This document shows positions 59,901 to 64,000 of a DNA stretch of 64,000 bases, one piece after another. A program made the position numbers and the translations under genes. Under the pieces are notes generated by a model that saw only the letters and a list, made by a program, of their open reading frames with translations, had not been told where the DNA came from and did not search any database. This DNA is from Takakia lepidozioides (Eukaryota; Plantae; Bryophyta), in assembly GCA_030704615.1 (NCBI GenBank), contig CM060732.1, forward strand, positions 1,860,001 to 1,924,000, in the 5' to 3' direction. How positions within the stretch are numbered: the first letter of the stretch is position 1; each line of letters starts with the position of its first letter.

Positions 59901-61905
59901 TGGTCACCTTGCTGTTCAGGTCTGTGTTCCCTGTCACATGGGCAGTTCGATTGATTGCTTGATACAGCCTGTGTCTACAATAAGGTGCCACAGCCAATAG
60001 CTGTCCAATGGTAATCTCCGCTTTGGACTGGCATATTACTTCAGCCAAAGTCCCTTCATTACTGTGCATGTCTGCAGCTTCTTTCTTCCCTTCATCCTCA
60101 CTCACTTCTTCTTCTCTTTCAGAATCAGAGGAATCTGCCATATGAATATCAGTACTCTTCTGCATTTCCCTTATGGTATCTGCCACTTCTTTGTGCAGTT
60201 CCTTCTCATCTCTCCAAGCCTCATCATCTTCAGGCACATCACTGCCATCTTCATTACCATCATCTTCCTCATCTACTAGAGGTATTAGTTTGGCTTTGCT
60301 TCTCGTAACTATCATTGTACTTACTTCTGGTACAACACATGGCCTAACCATGTGAGCTGCCACAACTGGCCCCTCATTCATAGGAGCTCTCATCTCATTC
60401 TGGTGTCTGATCCAGAATGGACAGGCTGCCTTGCGATGGCCTGCCTGATTACAATAGTAACACAGTTCTTCCCCATTAGGTCCGCGCCCTTGGTCTGTTC
60501 TGGAATTGTTTCTGTAATCCTGATTCCCTGGCTGGTAATTCCCCCTTGGATTACCCTGATAGTTGCCTCTGGAATTTCCTTGGTAATTCCCTCTTGAATT
60601 ACCTCTCCCTTCCATGCCATTGTTATAACCACCAGGCCTACCATAGTGGTCCTGATCATTGTTTCTTCTTGGCTGGGGCTGCACTTGATGCACCCTTACT
60701 TGCCTAGGTTCTCTTGCAGCTGTCCTTTTGTTGTAGTAACAATTCTCAGTAGAATAGTTATCCATTTTACAGATAGTACAGTGTTTCTCCTTCATGTGGC
60801 ATTCAGTGGTGGTATGGTCTTCATTTTGGCACTTTGCACACCAAACACCCTTCCTCCAATGTGTTGCAGCCTCTGTGGCATAATTCTTCAAAATTTCTTC
60901 TAATTTTTTCTCATAGTTATCCCTCTTCAACTTCTCCTTTATCTTACTCTTCCTTTTTGGTTCTTGCTCTTCTTCTTCATCTGACTCATCCTCAGAGTCC
61001 TCATCATCCCTTTTCTCTCTCCTGAGCATTCCCAATTGCTCAATTCTATTTGCAGTTTCAAATGCCTCCTCCACTGTATTATGGGGTAACATATCCACTT
61101 TCTTTTGCAACTCTGGTCTTAGTCCACTCACAAACCAAGTCTTCTGTAAACCTGGTGCTGGTACAGCAGCCAGCTTTTTCATCATCAATTCCATCTTTTC
61201 CATATACTCCTCAACAGTTTCATGCTTCTTTTGCTTTAACTGTTGTAAACTTCCATACACTTCATCCTCAGTTTTACTTGTCCTGAACCTATTTCGGAAT
61301 GTTGTATTCAAGCCATTCCAGGTTAGGAAATGATTATCAGGGAATCTTGCATACCATTCACTTGCTTTCTTGATAAGTGAACAAGGAAACAATCTCATCT
61401 TGGCATCATCGCCATTCTCATTGTTCACAATACACATGTGCTCAAATTGGCTAATGTGTACATCAGGATCCCCTTTTCCTGAATTTATTGGAAAAGGTGG
61501 TTTTGCCCGTGTTGGTTGTAACGCCATTTGTGGCCCTACCTTCTGCCCACTGACAGATGCTGGCCCCCTTGCTGGTGCTGGTCCTTGAGGACCTGTTGTA
61601 GTTGTGGTGGATCTTCCACCCAGTGGTGGCCCCTGAGCACTCCCTGCTACTGGCCCCACGATATTCATAGTATTCCCAGCTCCAGTTGCACTACTTCCCA
61701 CACTCCCTGTCCCCCCAGAGCCAGATCCAGGCTGCCCGCCTGATCCCCCTGAGCCGACACCTTCGTTGGCCTGTGATCCAAGTGATCCACTTGATCCAGG
61801 TCCAACGGGTTGGGATGTCCTGGTTGTAGTCTCAACCTCAGCTGTTGGTTCTACTTCTTCATACTCTTCCTCTTCCAATTTCTTCTCTCTGTTTTCATCC
61901 TCCAA
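56946..61905 (-). pseudogene. Ty3/Gypsy gag-pol (gag with zinc knuckles, PR, RT, RH, integrase N-terminal half), degenerate and truncated at 56946
   Basis: GKGDPDVHI gag; CAKCQNEDHTTTEC and CYYCNQAGHRKAAC; VLIDGGSGVN protease; FLDDF RT; HCDAS RNase H; GHFG..CDEC and WGLDFVGP integrase. Stops and frameshifts present. Confidence 0.93.
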
Positions 61906-62934
61906 GTTTTACCCTTGGGTTTCTTCTTCACTCATGTAACTCAACTACAATGGTGTTGGAGAGTCTGAACTCTCCGTTGGCTCTGCCACATCCTCTCCTT
62001 CTTCTTCTATGTCATCCACAAAGATTCTGGCCCCAACACCACGTCTTCTACCACGGCCGTCGATGGGTGGACTCCGAGTGCCATGAACGGTCATGCTTGT
62101 TGCGAGTGCCTCCGCATAGACAGGTAGCACGCAAGACCGTGGAGGACTGGAAAGAAGTCCAAATAGGTATGATAGCCCTGGAGGCCAAGTGGAAGCACGC
62201 GGACTCCTGCACATGTCGACAAAAACCCATTCAAAACACAATATGCAATACACAAGTCCAACGAAGAGGATGTTTGCCATGTGAACTTTGCCTCAAGGAC
62301 AGTGATTCTCGATATTGAAACAACAATGCAAGCATCCACAGGTTGAACTTACTCACAGGCAAAGTCGGAGTCCAGCTCCTTGTCGGAAGTCTCCTCTGTA
62401 TCAATATTAGCGGGACGGGGCTTCGGAAGGACTTGAGAAGTGTGTCCACCCAAACCCATCAGGAGGTTCTTGTAAATCTCAGCATTCCCTTCAATCCCAA
62501 AGAGATGTCGCGCACTGGCCTTGCAAGCGTGGTACGAAGCACCTGCAGTGGAATAGAATGAAGGACTGTAACCGCTGTGACTGGATTTTAGATTTAATTT
62601 CCTTCCATGGATTTTCCACTCTGGACTGTCCACTAGGATAGCACATGTGACATGGATTTCGCTTTTCGGTACTTTTAAAGGGTTCTGTTACCCTTTCCCC
62701 GTATGCATTAATGGGCCCATAATAAGTTAATGTGTCGGGTAGGTACTTTGACGGCCAATTTTGTCTTTTTCCTTGATGACAGTCGCCTTTGCAATCCATG
62801 TCCGGCTGTGTGTCTCGCCCTGGCGTCCACGTGTCCATTTCTACACGTGCCTTTGTCCACTTTTCCGCTGGCCACTCTCCGGATGTTTACCCACGTCCAT
62901 CTGTCACTGATCCTATGGATTGTGTAACCCTAAT

Positions 62935-63120
62935 AGGCTGTGTTGTGCTGTGACAGGCTGTGTAATACTGTGGTACGCTGTGATAGGCTGTGACATGTTG
63001 TGATGGGCTGTGATAGGCTGTGTTGCGCCGTGCTGGGCTGTGATATGTTGTGTCGCGCCGTGCTGGGCTGTGATAGGCTGTGTCGCGCTGTGCTGGGCTG
63101 TGATAGGCTGTGTCGCGCTT
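62935..63120. repeat. 30-bp tandem repeat (ACAGC-rich)
   Basis: Variants of GCTGTGTCGCGCTGTGCTGGGCTGTGATAG, ~6 copies. Confidence 0.85.
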
Positions 63121-63171
63121 GTACTGCCCGCCCTGGTCATATACGCTCGGCCTAGCAACAAGTGCTCCATA

Positions 63172-64000
63172 CTATGTTGGTATCACTGGCGCAGCCCGTG
63201 ACTGCTTTTGCGTTTCAACATGCAAATCATGCTGCAATGGTTTGTCATGGATACCACTGTACCCCTTCAACTTATTGGCATTGACTCTTCCCAGTATCTC
63301 TTTGTTAATGGTTTGTAACATGGCGGTGTTATTATCATACATCTTCTGTATGACATAAGGTCCTTTCCATGGTGATTTAAGCTTAGAAGCTTTAATCTTT
63401 CCCTTCTTTCGCAACCAGAGAACTAAATCTCCCGTCTTAAAAGTCTTTATCTTGCCTTCATCAAACTGTTCCTTTCTCTTCATCTGAATTCTGGTCATGT
63501 TATCAGCTGCATCAGCACGTACTTCTTCCACATGGTATAATTCATGTTTCCTGACCTTAATCGAATATTGCAATTCCATTCTCTTTCCCCATTCCGTTCT
63601 CATGGTAGGTAACAGGAATTCCACTGGAAGTAAAGCTTCCATACCATAAACTAATTGGAATGGTGTATACTTAGTGGTGACTTTATATGAAGTCCTGTAT
63701 GACCACAAAGCTGTCAGCAGCTTTGTATCCCAATCCGTTCTGTTTGCATTGACTATCTTAGCCAAGATAGTACATAGTATTTTGTTGGTAGCCTCTGCCT
63801 GCCCATTACCCTGTGGGTAGTATGTTGTACTCTTCCTATGCACAATCATGAACTCTTTAGTCAATAATTCAATGGTCTCATTAATGAAGTGACTTCCTTG
63901 ATCACTGATAAATTCCAAGGGACAACCAAATCGTGTAAGTATGTTCTCATACAGGAACCTTGCTGTGGACTTGGCTGTGTTGTCCCTCAAAGCTTTAGCT
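63172..64000 (-). pseudogene. Ty3/Gypsy integrase core and GPY module; enters from beyond the window end
   Basis: FISDQGSHF, YYPQGNGQAE, WKGPY. Near-identical to 4674-5280 and overlapping in sequence with 56946-57110. Confidence 0.93.

Noticed and set aside
56946-64000. CpG scarcity in Gypsy fragments versus CpG richness in the MULE as evidence of anti-silencing
   Set aside because: The contrast is confounded by element age and family base composition, and was not quantified.

Overview
This is a repeat-dense eukaryotic window: it has spliceosomal introns, LTR retrotransposons and a PLS-type PPR pseudogene. The host is probably a land plant, possibly seed-free, though that is inference. Almost all of it is nested transposable elements. 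The main finding is a ~14.6-kb Mutator-like (MULE) DNA transposon; the complete copy spans 18522-33170, with short TIRs and an 8-bp TSD. It carries two divergently oriented genes. One is a GCM-like/DDE/SWIM transposase. The other is a multi-exon cargo gene that fuses a ParB/Srx-like domain (WDGNHR) to a beta-class amino-DNA-methyltransferase-like domain (DIPD in place of DPPY, then ILDLTCGTG). The spacer between the genes, one intron and the subterminal region hold arrays of palindromes, with a 30-bp core GGATGGAAATTCGGCGCCGAATTTCCATCC. The complete copy sits in inverted orientation inside the MTase gene of a second copy (7861-34321). A deleted third copy lies at 47374-51950, and a divergent relative of the cargo gene with its own palindrome array lies at 1-3715. 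Also present: a degenerate Ty3/Gypsy element with a C5 cytosine methyltransferase between protease and RT (45482-56200); a young chromovirus with both LTRs (35059-42018); and a non-chromovirus Ty3/Gypsy family with a long accessory ORF (4674-44224 and 56946-64000). All domain calls come from motif recognition by eye; no database searches were run.
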